Source: Azolla caroliniana (Eukaryota; Plantae; Polypodiophyta). From it: a DNA stretch of 64,000 nt. How positions within the stretch are numbered: position 1 is the first letter of the stretch; the number at the start of each line of letters is the position of its first letter. Below, in pieces: positions 13,008 to 27,000 of this stretch. The translations under genes were made by a program, and so were the position numbers. The stretch lies in the NCBI GenBank assembly GCA_043228905.1, contig JBHGNT010000021.1, positions 1,860,001 through 1,924,000 of the forward strand, given 5' to 3'. A model generated the notes under the pieces. The model was not told the origin of the DNA. It saw only the letters and a program-made list of their open reading frames with translations, and ran no database searches.

Positions 13008-13728
13008 CTTCTACTCCTTTGCCGCCTGTTCTCGTCGGGTTCACCAAAAGATGTCGCGTTATTACGCGCGTGCGTGGAGAACAAGGCGGGACCACTAGGG
13101 TCTTGGACCGAGGAATAGGTGAGAAAAGGGGAGGAAAGAGAGAGACGCTCACTCACGTATAGACAAAGAAGCGCACGGGAACGCGGCCCAACAACACAGG
13201 AGACACGAGTTGAGAACACTAGCGTATGTAAATAAAAAAAATATGTATGTATGCAGACGACTAGAACGGTTACAGCCGATGAGGTCGGCGAGATGGATGC
13301 TGACGCCTGATCACCCACGCACACAGGGGAGCAAGATGGAGATTCTGTCGGAAGCACACAGGCGTTCCACGGAGCAGAATCAGCCTCCTGAGAACCTGCG
13401 CAAAAGAAAGCTATGGAGAACGACAGAGAAGAAGAGCTCGGTCCCAGTCCGACAACACTTCGTCCCCTCTAGCGCGCGATACCCTCTCTCCCCGTTGCCC
13501 TCTCTTTTATAGCTCAAGGAGGGAGACCGTTTCACTCGTTTACATCACATTAATTCTCTGTCCTTTCGGACAGAGATACCCCTCGATTCTCCCTATAGAA
13601 TATTGCTACTTAGGATTTGACTTTTGTGCCTACCTATCTACCATACAACAAGGGGCGTGTCCACGTGTAAGGGCCGGTTCACATACGCTATACACGGTTT
13701 GCACCTGGGGACGGTTTTCTTCACGACA

Positions 13729-14013
13729 ACGGACAGGAAATTCCTGGATGCGTAATCGACGGCGGCTCAGGCGTCAATGTAATTAGCGCGAAAACTTGCG
13801 AGCAGTTAGGCATTTCAGAATGGGAGGCTTGCCCATTCTGGCTCCGAATGGCAGATACCCCCTCAGTACGACCATTGGGGTTAAATCGCAAAATAGGCAT
13901 TATCGTGGACGGACACCGCTTCGACATCTCGGCGGTCGTCCTTGCCTTAGACGCCCCAGGGGCGTACCCAGTGCTTCTGGACAAACCATGGCTTCGGGCA
14001 GCAAATATCAAGT
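13729..14013 (+). pseudogene. Aspartic protease of element J (continuation of 1-1128)
   Basis: After removing A and one ACGG TSD copy, the frame reads ITLILHG|QEIPGCVIDGGSGVNVIS...YPVLLDKPWL, then a TAG. No RT follows. Confidence 0.8.
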
Positions 14014-14324
14014 AGAGCTGGCAACACAAGTGTATCAGTTTCCGACATGGACACACCAAGGTTCGCGTACCTACGGAAGGAAGCACGCCACAACCCACTA
14101 GCTCAAGAAGAGCCCCCCGTACCCGGACCGCCCACACACGACGACTGCGACACCGGGAGAAACCAGTTCGACCAAATAGGGGAGCCACACCACGATGCAC
14201 CTACGGGCCCTACGTCACCTCCGGACGCGAACACCGCATCATAGCCAAACATCCGGGCCATTTTGGAAGAGGATTAACGGGATGGGTCCGACGTGCCAGG
14301 GCACTGTCCCACAGGCGTGCCAGG

Positions 14325-14761
14325 TGTTGTCTGCCGGAATAGTAATCGACGGACAAGAGAGTAGGAATAAGAAATAATATAAGATCATAACGCATGTAAC
14401 GGTTCACGCAGGAAGCGTGAACGGCTAGATAGACCCTGCGTATATAAAGGGCAGAAAACCTCGGATAGAGGAGCGTGTAATTTTGGGAATGTAAAGAAAC
14501 GTATCATAATAGAATTCCATCTTCTCTGAAAGTCTGTGTATAGCTACGGCTAATCCACTGTGTGTCTGGAATACCTGAGCGTGTAAGAACGTAAGTGTAA
14601 CCCTTGATAAGGAGTCGGTTGTAGCCGTCTCCCTTATACGCTGATAGGTTATAGGGAACATTCCCCTATGCATTACGCATAGACGCCTATTCGTTGTTCC
14701 ACAACCACTTGGAGGTCTAGGTCGAAGGACTGACCGTGGACTGTGTTCCTAATCGGCAACA
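14325..14761 (+). repeat. Probable LTR (possibly the 3' LTR of element J)
   Basis: TGTTG...CAACA termini and TATATAAAGGG at about 14441. No partner LTR, TSD or clear PPT is visible in the window. Confidence 0.4.
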
Positions 14762-15173
14762 TATATCTCGTTATGAAACTCTAATCGAGGGCTTTCTCAC
14801 ACTTGTCTTTGTGCCCAATTCTGTTGCTGATAGAGAGCGCAACAACAAAAACGAATTCGCTTCTTCTTCTTCCCCTCTCCACTCTTGCTTTTTTCTTCCC
14901 CTCCTCTCTCTTTCTCTCTCTCTCTAGCTCTCTTCTCTCTCTCTTCATTGTGATACAAGGTATGGGGTATAGCTCCTTCAAAGGTTTTAATTTTTTCCCA
15001 CAATGCCCTTCATTCAAATTGCTCACTTGTTTTTACCAATTCCCCAAATAGCCCTTCGTTAACAATTATTGCTCTCTCTCTATCTACTAGCTATGGGCCC
15101 AACTCCAGCTCGATCCGAATTGAACTGATAACGCTTGGCTTAACGGGTCCAAATAAATTTAATGGTTGGTTTG

Positions 15174-18100
15174 TGTAAACGATTACTTGCGGAAGCGTTA
15201 GAAAACAGAGAAGGTAGGGAATACACCGGGTACACAGGAGAGACAGAGAGAGCAGCACTTCAAGGCTATATTCAAAAAACGATAAAAACACTCTGTACAT
15301 ACAACTATGCTTAGTAGCATTATTTATTCAAGTCCTCGTGGGACTGACAGAAGTACCGGGTACTTCAATGCTCACACTAGCATCTGACACTTACTACGAG
15401 ACTATAATTGCCTAGTAGTCTACACTAATACTAGGCTTCCGGTTACTGATTGGATATGGCTAACCGGCTCCCCAGCTCACCGGCTCTATTGCTTGCCGGC
15501 TCGGTTGCTCACAGCTTACTGATCCGTCTCGCTTGCCCGCTCAGGCTTATTTAGCCGATTCGGCTCCAGTTGAGCTTGCCGCTCAACACTCCCCCTCAAG
15601 CTCAACTTGAGGTTGGATCTTAGTGTCAGTGTCTGTGGCAGCCAGTTCTTCCAACCGACCTCTCCTGGCGTCACTTCACCTTGCTCGCGCTCCTCGTCTG
15701 GTCCGATTCTGTTTGCTGCGACCCCTCTTGTTCTGCGCGCCTCGACTTTCTCGGTCGGTATGTTTGCTCAATAGGCCCCTCTTAGCTCCTTCGCTGGTAT
15801 GACTCCGACGCTTATCGATCCATCGGTTTCTCCGCGATGGCATCAACTTCCGCTGCATCTGTGTCTGCTTGGCCTTGAATTGATCCGGTTCTTCCGAATC
15901 TGTCTTTTGAACCGAATCAACTATCTCCGATTCGTTCCAGCTCTTATCCGAATCGGTTGCTCCCGATTCATCTTCTGGTCCCAAGCCCTTTACCACATCG
16001 GACCATGTCCGGGTCTTGGCCTTCTTCCTTCGGTCGGCTCTGTCCTTATTGACTCTGCCGCCTTCTGTTCTTCCCTCACCGACGCAATCGGCAGTCTCTT
16101 TGCCTTTGCCCGTTCCGGTGTCTCTGCCCGTTCTCCCCCTCAAGTGTGGCACGTCGAGATGCTGAACACCAAGCATGTCGGTAAAGTGTTGCAACTTGTC
16201 CGATCTGAGCGGCTTGGTGATGATGTCGGCAACTTGCCGATCCGTGTGAACATACCGTAGTTCAACGTCACTGCTCAGGACCCGCTCATGCACAAAGTGA
16301 TAATGCACTTCTATGTGCTTCGTGCGAGCATGGAACACAGGGTTCTTGGCGAGTTGCATGCTGCTTAGGTTGTCGCAGTAGACCAGAATCAGGGTCGGTA
16401 CCTCGATCTGTAAGTCTTGCAGCAGTCGCCGAAGCCAAATGGCTTCACAGGTGGCAATGGTAGCGCCCCGATACTTAGCCTCAGTGCTCGACAGAGCAAC
16501 TGTTGGCTGCTTTTTGCTCCTCCACGCAACAACCGTGCTACCTAGGGAAAACATGTAACCAAAGGTTGATCGGCGATCTGATGCATCGCCGGCCCAGTTG
16601 GCATCCATGTAACCGACGAGCTCTTCGGTTATACCTCACCAGTATAACATTCCTCGATCCTTCGTGCCACTTACATATCGCAGTATCCGCTGCCCACACT
16701 GAAGGTGCTCCACGGTCGGCTTCTGCATGAACTGACTTATCATTCCGACCGGATAGCTGATGTCAGGGCGTGTGATAGTCAGGTAAATAAGGCTTCCGGC
16801 AATTTGTCAGAACCGTTTCTCGTTGCAGGCTGGTCCGGAGTTGGGACAGAGCTTCTGGTTCCGGTCCAAGGGTGTGGAGACAGGTCGGCATTCTGTCATG
16901 CCGAACTTGTACAACATATTCAAGACGTAATGTCGTTGTGAGAGTAATATGCCGTCGGGGGTTCGGATCACCTCGATCCCAAGAAAATAATGAAGGTCCC
17001 CTAGGTCCTTCATCTCAAATGTGTCCGACAAGAGGGACTTGATGAGGTTGATTTCTGGAACACCCGGTCCGGTGATGACTAGATCATCAACATACAATAG
17101 TATACATACCGGGCCGGCTGAGCCTTGCCGGATGAACAATGAAGAGTCCGATTTGGAGGCCACAAACCCCATCTTACGCAACCGGTGCGTGATCTTCGCA
17201 TTCCAAGCTCGAGGGGCTTGCTTCAGGCTGTACAACGATTTCTTCAGCCGGCATACCGCCGACTTGTTCATCTCCGATTGAAAGACGGGGGGCTGAGTCA
17301 TAAAGACTTCTTCTTCAAGATCACCCTGAAGAAATGCATTCTTCACATCCATCTGGTGAAGATGCCAACCCCTTGCTGCAACAACTGCCAGCACCACACG
17401 AACCGTCGTCATCTTTGCTACCGGAGCGAAGGTCTCATCGTAGTCAATTTCGTGGGTCTGCACATATCCCTTCGCCACTAACCGGGATTTATACCAGTTA
17501 ACAGAACTATCGGCGTTGTACTTTACCTTGTATATCCACTTGCATCCGATCGGTTTACAGTGACGAGGAGGGTCAACCAGGTCCCATGTCTTGTTGACAT
17601 CAAGTGCCCGCATTTCTTCCTCCATAGTGGCACGCCAATTTGTCTCCTTGGCCGCTTTTGCGTAGTCACCTTAGTCATGAACGCATAGTGATGCGCCATG
17701 TACTCATTGTACCCGTACCGCTTGACGGGATCCTTCTGGCGGGTGGACCGACGTAACTCACTGTTACCCGGTTTGAGGCCCTTCTTGGCCGGTTCGGTCT
17801 TCATTGCCGAAGATCCGCCTTTCTCCTTGCCAGAGTCGGATGCACACTGATCCAACTCATCGTTGCCGGTTTCGAATTCCGGCATCTTCTTCTTCCCCTT
17901 CTCTTTGCGCGTGAACCGTCGCCTCGGTTCCTTACGCGGGGAGTGCACGACAGAGTCTCCACTACTCGCTGGTTCCTCATCGGATTGGTCAGATTGACTC
18001 AGTCTCTCATTTGGCCTGCTCAACCGAAACCATTCCGGACTATCATCCTGAGTCCACGTTTCATCATCCTCTACCTGGGCCGGTTCAGGCTCACTAGCCT

Positions 18101-20917
18101 CATTCACCAGCACCGGGTCGGATTCGGAAGTCGGAGCCGGTAAGGAGTACCACGATGCCAATTCATCAAACTCGACATCTCGACTAACTCGGACCTGCTT
18201 TGTCCAGGGGTTATAACACTTATAACCCTTTTGCTCTTGAGCATAGCCGATTAGTATGCATTTTTCTGATTTTGCATCCAGCTTCCTCTGCTTCTCTTCC
18301 GGTACATGCACATATGCAATGCTACCGAAGATCTTAAGGTGTCTCAAATTTGGCTTGCGCTCGAAATACAGCTCGTGAGCTGACACCTTGTCACCGATCC
18401 GGTTCTGGATGTAGACAACTGTTCGGACTGCCTCCGCCCAGTAGAATTTGGGCATGCTCTTCTTCTCCAGCATTGCCCTTGCCGCATCAATAAGCGACCG
18501 GTTCTTCCTTTTGGCAACACCATTCTGTTGCGGCGTGTATCTGCAGCTAAACTCTCGCCGAATTCCCTTTTGCTGCAGATAACTGTTGAATTGGCCGGAA
18601 AAGTACTCTTTTCCGCCATCCGATCGCAGGCATTTGATCCTCCTCTACGATTCCCGTTCCACCATGCTTTGGAGACTCCGGAAACACTCGAAGACTTCAC
18701 TCTTCCGCTCAATGAGGTAGATCCATGTGTGCCGCGTATAGTCGTCGATGAAGGAGACGAAATATCGACTCCCGCCAAGACTAACATTTTGTGCCGGTCC
18801 CCACACATCTGAATGGATAAGGTCGTGCTTGTTACGGCTCCGGTTACGTTCGGTGGGGAATGGAAGCCGGTGTTGCTTCCCGAGTTGGCAGGCTTCACAT
18901 AGTTGGGCCTTCCGGCCGCTAAACTTCGGCAAACCGAAAACAACTTGTTTCGTTTGTAGGTCTTGAAGCCTCCGGTAATTGACATGGCCTATCTGCTTGT
19001 GCCACAGGTCGATGTCCGATTCGACCTTCTGTCCTTTTGCAAACAGAGCGGTGCCGATGTCATTGGTGTCGAGGATAAACATCCTCCCGTCTCTGCGCCC
19101 TTGCGCAATAATCTGGCCCTCTTCCTCGATGAAGCACCCGAGGTGCGTAAACCACACCTGCATCCCTTGGTCGACGATCTGTCCGACCGACACCAGGTTC
19201 TTCGTGATTGTCGGAACGTGTAATACGTTCATCAGCTTCCCCTTCTGTCCGACGTGGCTCAAAGGGAATTCTCCGACGTGCACAATTGGGTGAGGAGTGT
19301 CGTCTCCGGTTTCGATTACTCCTAGTTGATCCGGTTTCTCCAAAAAGGAGAACCACTCTTTGTGGTTTGTCATGTGGTTCGACGCACCGGAATCAACATA
19401 CCACACTTCCTCTGATTTGGAAGTGGGCTTCTTCATCGAGTTCGCCTCGTGCTTCATCACCAAGGCTGGCCCGTTACCATTCTTGGATCCTCCCGATCCC
19501 TTCGCGTTGTGCAAGCTTTGCCGACCATCCTTGCCGGCCTTGCCGGATCCGGATTTGTCCGAATCGGCTCTTTTTCTCCAGCACTCGCTTTCTCTGTGGC
19601 CCTTTTTGCCACAGTACTAGCATTCCGTTGTTGACTTCTCTTGGCGTCTTCCGGTGTCGCCATGACTCCCCTGCTTGTGGGAGTCCTGGAACTGCTGTCA
19701 GCACGTTCTCTGTGCCTTTGTTCTCGCTCTTGCCGGCCGCCTCCATTGCGTGCCAACCCGCCTCGTCCACCACGCCCACGGGACCGATCCGCCTCCGTGT
19801 ACAACATCCGGTTGTCAATGGGTGCGCTAGTTGACGCACTGACGTGGTTCTCCTCTACAAGGAGCATCGACTGTAAGTCGAAAAATGACGGCGTATTCTC
19901 CCTTGTACACACCGCCATTCGGAACGCTCTAAACTTAGATGCCAGGCCCCCAAGACAGACCTATACCATCTTGTCTTCCTCTATAGTAACGTTGATAGAG
20001 GCAAGAGAGTCACAGATCTCTTTGATCCAGGCCGTGTAATCCGCCACCGACATGTCCTTCTGTCGAACATTTCTCAACTCCTATCGGAGTTGCAGCTTCC
20101 GGGCTGTAGTGCTCGCGGCGAAAACCTTCTTCAGGTTCTCCCAAGCCTCCTTCGGCGTCTTGGCGTCTCGGATGTGGCTCAGCAGCTGGTCTTCGACACT
20201 GGACGTGAAGTAGTACATCATTGTACTTGCCGATTGTTCCCACACTGGGAAGTCCTTATGTGCCGCATCAAGTGCTGTTTCGTTGGCTCCTTCGACGAAA
20301 CTCAAGTAGCCATGCCCAAGCAGGTACTGGTGCATCTTATACGACCAAGATGCATAGTTGGATCTGTCGAGTTTCTCCACAGGGAGCGAGCTAGCCATCC
20401 CTCTATCCATCACTTCTTTGTCTGCTGTTTTACGACCTGTTAGGGTTTGCTTTCAAGCGTTTGTTGGCTCCAGAGGTTCTCAACCCTCGCACTTTGATAC
20501 CATGTAAACGATTACTTGCGGAAGCGTTAGAAAACAGAGAAGGTATGGAATACACTGAGTACACGGGAGAGACAGAGAGAGTAGCACTTCAAGGCTATAT
20601 TCAAAAAACAATAAAAACACTCTGTACATACAACTATGCTCAGTAGCATTATTTATACAAGTCCTCGTGGGACTGACAGAAGTACCACGTACTTCAATGC
20701 TCACACGAGCATCTGACACTTACTGCAAGACTATAATTGCCTAGTAGTCTACACTAATACTAGGCTTCCGGTTACTGATTCGATCCGGCTAACCGGCTCC
20801 CCAGCTCACCGGCTTTGTTGCTTGCTAGCTCGGTTGCTCACAGCTTACCGATTCGTCTCGCTTGCCGGCTCAGGCTTATTTAGCCGATCCGGCTCCAGTT
20901 GAGCTTGCCGCTCAACA
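15174..20917 (-). mobile_element. Ty1/copia LTR retrotransposon, full length, degenerate
   Basis: LTRs 15174-15588 and 20503-20917 (415 bp). TSD GTTTG. PBS TGGTATCAAAG (tRNA-iMet-like) at 20492-20502. PPT at 15589-15600. Confidence 0.95.
15676..20413 (-). pseudogene. pol: copia gag-PR-INT-RT-RH polyprotein, disrupted
   Basis: Motifs in copia order: KLDRSNYASW (gag), WYVDSGASNHM (PR), LWHKQIGH..CEAC and IHSDVWGP (INT), SRLVAKGY and LLYVDDL (RT), DANWAG (RH). Several stops and frameshifts. Confidence 0.92.
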
Positions 20918-21012
20918 GTTTGGTTTAGATTTTTTAATAAATGGTTCGGTTTTAGTTTGGTTTGGTTCTAAAACTCGGGTTTATCGGTTTATAGGTTTAA
21001 ATGGTTTGGTTT

Positions 21013-24000
21013 TTGTTTTTTGAAAAGATATCTTGTCATTAGTATAAACAATTTACAAGATTTTAAACCTCTATGTGATTGGCGGGGGAAACAACCATTT
21101 CGGCGGCGGAAAATGCCAATAAGGAGTGTTGTAATTGGATGTCATGAATGGAGTAGCTGTCCAGATAATAAGAAACTCACCCCGTTGAGCAATTTTAGCC
21201 TCAGAGTCTCCAACTATACCATCCCATTGACTCTTCAAAGTATGAATTATGTCTAACCAAATGTTAGAAACCACTTCAGGTGGTGGTGTTTTAAGTTGAT
21301 GGAAAACGAGAGAACATCGAGCCTTCCAAATGTGATATACAATGGTACTACTCAGTATCTCCCATACTGGCTGGACTTCCTTCCTTACTCCTGAAAACTG
21401 TAATGACAGTAGTGGTAATGTATGAACACTTCCATATTTAGTGTAAAATCCATGGTCCATAGATTCATTGTCATAATGGAACGCATCACGGACATGTGAT
21501 GTCCAAACCACCACGCCCCAAGTGAAAACCAATGGGGGAAAATAATGAGGCAAAATTCTAAGGGGTCGTTGCCATATCTGTTGAGATTCAATGCACTCCC
21601 ATAAACAATGTTTTTGAGTTTCCATTTGTAATTGACATCGAATACAACCAAAAGATACTCCCACTCTATGCAACCATGTGCCTATCGGCAAGGCCTAGTG
21701 TACAACTAACCATTGTACATGCAATATTTTGTGTGGTTATTTTCTTGCCCATAAGATAACCCAAAATTTTGCAAGGAAGTGGGGAGTAATACCTTGTTGA
21801 TTCCAATATTGAGATGCACCTGGCAACACATCACGTGTATCTGAAAGTACATGTCTTCCCAACTGTACAGAATATTGGAAGAAATTGAACTTGTTACCTG
21901 TGTAAGGATCTGTCCACTGATAATCAATTGGGTCCCAATCTAATCTGAATATCAGTTTTTTAGCTAACACCCACAACTTCCAATGTGGCCTTATGTCCTC
22001 TATCATTGGATCAATATACCATTTACGGTCAGCATATCCAATGACCCTTATCTTGTGCTCAATACTATGGGGGTAATCTATCACCGTTTCCGGGGACTAA
22101 GATAATTGGTTTGTTTCATCCACCTCAAACAACCAGTATGTCTTATCATCTGAATACCCCTTCACAGCCAAGAGTACTTCCAATCTTGAAAAAACCCCAA
22201 CCCATCTATGGTTTACATTATTGGGTGGTATAAGAAGTCTACTCATAGCTTCATGAATTTGTTGATACATTATTTGGCCGCCATGCATACTACGTAGGAT
22301 TTCTTTTTGCTCTTTCAATGAACGCGATAACTTTTTTTTCCAAGTCTAAACTGTTTTCGTTGGACCCTCTGTCATTTTCCCCCACGATAGCCATTGTCTA
22401 GAACCCAACACTGAACCATTTGATGTTGTAAACAACGGGTTCCAAACTATCTTTTGTCTGAGATAGTCAACATAATGTTTGGGATTAGGTTTATTATGAA
22501 GCAAACTAGGTAATACATGTTTCCATGCTGAAACTAATGTCCTAATAAATTTGTCTTCCCATCTATTGGCTGAAGGTACTCGGAATTTTTCCCTAAATAT
22601 CCAATTTACATCCTTCGGGCAAGGGGCGCTTAAACGAGGAGAGCAATCTAAAAACCAGTCAATCAATAATACTTTCCATATCTCTTGCCCCGGTGTAAAT
22701 CCTCTAACAAGCAACTTACTTAACAATGTTCTTGATTGATCTACTGGATCAATAATACCTACTCCTCCTTTAGAACGAGGTAAGGTAATAACATCTCATT
22801 TCACTTTCGACCGAGCATTGCCTTCCGTTTTACCGGACCACAAGAAATTACAAATCTGTCTACGTATTTTCAAAATGCATGACTTGGAGAATATCCAACA
22901 TGACAAAACATACCATGTTGAAGCCAATAAAACCTGGTTAACAACTACAATCCGACCAACAAAAGACAACTTGACTGAACTCCATAATAATAACTTTTTT
23001 CGTAGTGATAATAGGAGGGGTGCCACTTGATGTTCCATTGAAAGATGAATACCTATCGTACACCCTACGTACCGAACAGGACAACCTGATGGTATCCATC
23101 GAAATTGCGGGTGTGGATCCCATAGAGGAGGCTCTACATCCCCCACCCAAAATGCAAAGGACTTGTTCCAATTGACCAATGCACCTGAAGCCTTACAAAA
23201 TGTGGATATGGCCAATTTTGTTTTTTGCAAATTTTCCAAATCACCTTTTAAGTATAGGGTAGTGTCATTTGCAAACTCAACATCCCTTACTTCTATATGT
23301 GAGAGTGGGAGTCGTAGTCCCCATATACCAATATTACCAGCATTCAAAAAAGAGATCATTGCCTCAACAAAAAATAAAAACAGGAAAGGAGCCAAAGGAC
23401 AGCCTTGGCGAACTGATCAAGAAATAGAAAACAAGGGTCCATAATTCCCAGCTAGTAAGACTCGGCTTTGTACCGAAATTCGAATTATATAATGAAGAAA
23501 TACATGTTATCCATTCTTTTGAGAAACCAAAACGAGCCAATACACCTTGTAAAAATTCCCAATCAACACGGTCGTAAGCTTTCTCAAAATCAAGCATAAC
23601 AATGACCAAGTTTTGATTAGATTTGGCTTCCAAAGCTACAGATTCCCAAAACGTATAAACATTATCCAAAATGCTCCTTTCCCGAATGAATCCTGTTTGT
23701 GACGGATGTATAACTTTAGGCATTATAGTACTAAGTCGTATACTAATTCCTTTAGCTAAAATTTTATACACTGTATTCAATAATGTAATCAGGCACCATT
23801 GCTTGATGTCCAATGAAGGACCTTTTGATTTAGGGATAAGGTAAATTAGTCCTTCTGTAGAATATGGAGGCATATTACCCTTCCGAAGAATTTGTTGGAA
23901 TGTTGTACATAAATCTGCTTTGAACAAGTCCCAATATTTAATGAAGAATGTTGGGGTTAAACCATCCATACTTGGACAACAATTTTTAGGCAAAGCTTGG

Positions 24001-27000
24001 AGTGCTTCACTCAATTCCCCATAAGTAAGAACGTCTTGGAGCTTGACATTAATATCTTGTGTTATTCTTGAACTCAATTTATTCCATACAGAAGACCGAC
24101 TTATTAAATCCTCATTGGAGAAGGAAACGACTGATAATAGGTCAGAATAGTATCGTGTGGCTATTTCTCTCATCACTTGAGGGTCAGATGAGATAGTTCC
24201 ATTCTCATGTTGTAGTTGTTTGAATGAAACCGCATTATGATTTGGTCTCATGGCATGAAAAAATTCAGTTGTGTATTTATCACTCATTTGGGTCCAATTA
24301 GCTGCCCTATGATGATATTGAAATTTTGCACATTTTTCTAATAGTATAACAAGTTCTTGTCTTGCTGCCCCAAGTTTCTTAGCAATCCAAGTGCAATGTG
24401 GATAACGTTCTTGTAATTGTTGTAGAGAAACAAGAGAAGTACATGACCATTTCTCCTTTTCTTGTAGCATAGAAAACCTCTCCTTGGATTTATCCCTAAA
24501 AAATTCTGAAATACATCGTAAGCCATTAGCTACCCACATAGCCATTGATTCATGTATAACATATTTTTGAGACCATAATTCAGCCACTTGTAAGGAAAAG
24601 TCATTGTCTAACAACACGTTGTCGCGGAAATCTGTGCGTGCGTGTCGGGTAGGACGGGACCGCGGGGGTCTTGGACTAGGGAGTGAGGAAAGGGAAGGAA
24701 GCTTGAGAGTTTAACCGAGTAGAAGGGTTAAGGTTAGAGAGATTAAGATTAAAGACAAGACAAGATCCATCGAATGATTATATTACGAAAACACCACATG
24801 AGTTACAACCATGGCAGCGTAGGCCGAATGTAAACCACTAGATGAAACCCTAACTGAAACCCTAATGGTCTACCCAAACCAACCGAATGGCGACCCCCTC
24901 CAAAGTGACCCCTCTCACTCCGTTTTATAGTGATAAGGGGTAAGGCACATTACAAAAAGGGAGGCCAAATATCCCCTTCTTTCAATGGGAATATTTGCCT
25001 TGACCTTAGGATGAGAGATTGATGGGGCCTTAACTCCCTCTCCTAACACTTTCGCACACAACCACACCCTCTACTTATTACACCCGTATTTCCATGCACT
25101 CCCCTTTAGTCTACATGTGCATGAGCCCCTAATTACACATCACCTTTTCACAAACTTTGTAGTGCACTTTTAGCACCTTATATTCTACCCTTTCGTTTAC
25201 ATTTGTTACTTTATTTTACAATTCTATCAAGTGCATGTGCAATGTTGCACATTCCCATTTTATTCATCCCGCTCGGGTTTTCTCACCATAATTGAAAATC
25301 CTCACGACAACGTGTTTAGGAATTTTCAAATTGGAGAATTCCTTAAAGTTTTGGGTCGAAATTGACAGGATAACTGGAGCATGATCAGAGAAAGTAGTTC
25401 CCGACATTATATGTATTGTACCAGTTGTTGAAAATAAATTTTCCAGATACATAGAATCTATCCAATCGAGCTAAATTAGTACCATTTACACGCCTATCTG
25501 ATCTTGAAAACAAAAGTGAGGTGTTTGTATGAACCATCAAAGGAGCGTGCCAAGCATCTAATATTTGTAAGGAAAACACCAATTGTTCCCACATTACTAA
25601 TTCATGGCCATGTATCGTGGTTGAGCTACCTCCCATTCTATCAATGGGGTCCTCAAGCATTTTCAAATCACCAGCGATACACCAATGATCAAGGGAAGGC
25701 AGATTATTTAATAATTTTTTCCAAAATTGTTGTTGTGCAAAGGCAGTATTAGGAGCATATATATTCAAGAGTCCCCATGTAATCTCTCCTTCTTGCATAA
25801 TAATATATTGAGCCCTTCTAGGAATGACCACTTGTTTTTGGATAATGTATGGAATCCACCTCTGAGAAATAGCCATACAAACCCCACCATGGACTTTTGT
25901 GTTGCCCATTGCGGGAGACTAGAACATGTCCCAGTTTCCAGATAGAATAGAACCATAATGAGAAATTCTAAAGGTATTTAAATGATGTTCTTGTATTAAA
26001 AGAAAATCTAAGGATCCACCCACTATACATTTGTTAATCTCTTGACGGAGACGATGTTTGTATCGTCTATATAAGGGGCTCCCTAACTCCTGAACATTCC
26101 ATGACATCACTCACATTTAAGGAAACTTGGGTTGTTGTGATGCCATTTTCATGTTTTTTGCTAATGGCTCCAGATTGGCCTCATTGCCCTCTTGCTCACC
26201 TCTTATGGAACATGATAAAGGTATCGCATCGCGTACCATTCTATAATGATGATGAGCTTTAGCTAATACTTGACCTTCTAATAACCCCATCTTCATGAAT
26301 ATAGGTATATCCACAATTTGGAAGGATCTCAGATTCTAAGGAGACAACCACCTGTCTTCGTCCCGTCACATCAAACAGTGGCAAAAGTTGTATAGTTGCT
26401 GCCTCAAGTTCCCTTAATAGTACTTCCCCAAAATTGTCACAATTAACATATTTTGCGAAGTGTAATGTTTGTTTTCTAATAGCCAATCGAACATCTGTTG
26501 TCACCCATGTTTGTTTATCATAACCACAAAAAGGAAATGAAAATCCTACCAGAGATTGCATAGTCTTGAAAAGAACATGAACGGGTATTGATGCAACGCC
26601 ATTATCAACCATGTCTCCCAACAATTTCAAAAACTCAAACCCATATGTGGCATTCCATATGTGGCATTCCATCGGGGGGCAATCTTTCAATACATGGCCT
26701 TGTTGTTTACAATAAAAACATTGTCCAGGCATACCTACACACTCCAATTTTTGCATGAATATCGTCTTCCTGGTGAGTGATGGTAGAAGTACCTAAGTAG
26801 GTAAATTTTCGAATTGATGGATATCCTGTTAGCTTCGTTTCTAATGCCTCCTCACGAGGAGGAAGAACCATGCCAATTCTTACTGTGATTGATGGGAGTA
26901 CAACCATGTACTCCTTAGGGATTCTCGGGAAAACCACAAAAATCGGGGTCAAACAATGCCCTGAATTCAACATTTCGACAGGATCAAAGCCCGGTTTCCA

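Larger units (their letters stand above)
1129..13728 (-). mobile_element. Ty3/gypsy element A (main family, degenerate; contains B)
   Basis: 5' LTR 13052-13728. The 3' LTR remnant 1129-1255 matches 13052-13178. TSD ACGG at 1125-1128 and 13729-13732. Trp-type PBS at about 13033-13046. gag-PR 10882-13007 and pol 8078-10880 contain frameshifts and stops. Confidence 0.9.

Noticed and set aside
14762-15079. CT-rich stretch followed by AG/GTATG, resembling a 5' UTR and splice donor
   Set aside because: No associated ORF or downstream exon, so a host gene cannot be supported.
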